Shown here: piece by piece, positions 33,279-33,350 of the stretch | How the letters are laid out: each line of letters starts with the position of its first letter | How positions within the stretch are numbered: the stretch's first letter is position 1 | Virus record (IMG/VR): IMGVR_UViG_3300045988_175829 | Span: 1 to 33,350 of that record | Reading direction: 5' to 3' (one strand) | DNA length: 33,350 bases | Source of the DNA: a virus | Program-made: the position numbers and the translations under genes | The notes under the pieces: generated by a model | Database searches by the model: none | What the model was told of the DNA's origin: nothing | The model's input: the letters and a program-made list of their open reading frames with translations, nothing else

Positions 33279-33350
33279 TATAGTTCAAAAGGAGACCCAA
33301 AGATGCCCATCAACGTGGACCAGGCGGTGACCGCGTCGGTCATGGCGAAG

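Overview
This window is a complete, circularly closed temperate siphovirus-type phage or prophage genome. Bases 1-99 are identical to 33252-33350, so the unique length is about 33,251 bp. GC is high (roughly 65%) and the ribosome-binding sites are strong GGAGG-type, which points to an actinobacterial-like host. Nearly all genes run on the + strand in a lambda-like order.

Gene order on the + strand:
- Early region: a cro-like HTH gene, an excisionase-family HTH gene, a recombination/replication module (RusA resolvase, ERF annealase, SSB, a DnaD-like replisome organizer carrying internal iteron-like repeats, and a DnaC/IstB-like loader), then a run of about 14 small, mostly Cys-rich proteins.
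- Packaging region: a ParB-like nuclease-domain protein, an inserted hicAB toxin-antitoxin pair with its own sigma70-like promoter and operator palindrome, an HNH endonuclease, a G/C-run-rich candidate cos region, and small and large terminase subunits.
- Structural region: portal, a MuF/gp7-like head-morphogenesis protein with an extra low-GC C-terminal domain, scaffold, HK97-like major capsid, connector proteins, major tail protein, a tail chaperone with a canonical A_AAA_AAC -1 frameshift site, tape measure, an FN3-decorated Dit-like protein, a Tal-like protein and fibre proteins.
- Lysis cassette: a membrane coiled-coil protein, a holin and a CHAP endolysin.

The lysogeny module on the - strand contains three genes:
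- A tyrosine integrase truncated before its catalytic residues, next to attP-like TTGCCA arm repeats.
- A Dam-family N6-adenine methyltransferase.
- The most unusual gene in the window: a single 548-aa ORF that fuses a CI/LexA-like repressor (XRE HTH plus an S24 autopeptidase domain with an Ala-Gly site and GDCM in place of GDSM) to the C-terminal half of an OLD-family ABC ATPase (signature, Walker B and H-loop present, Walker A absent) and a Toprim nuclease domain.

This fusion gene is expressed divergently from cro across an AT-rich switch region. All calls rest on reading the sequence and recalling family motifs; no database searches were run.
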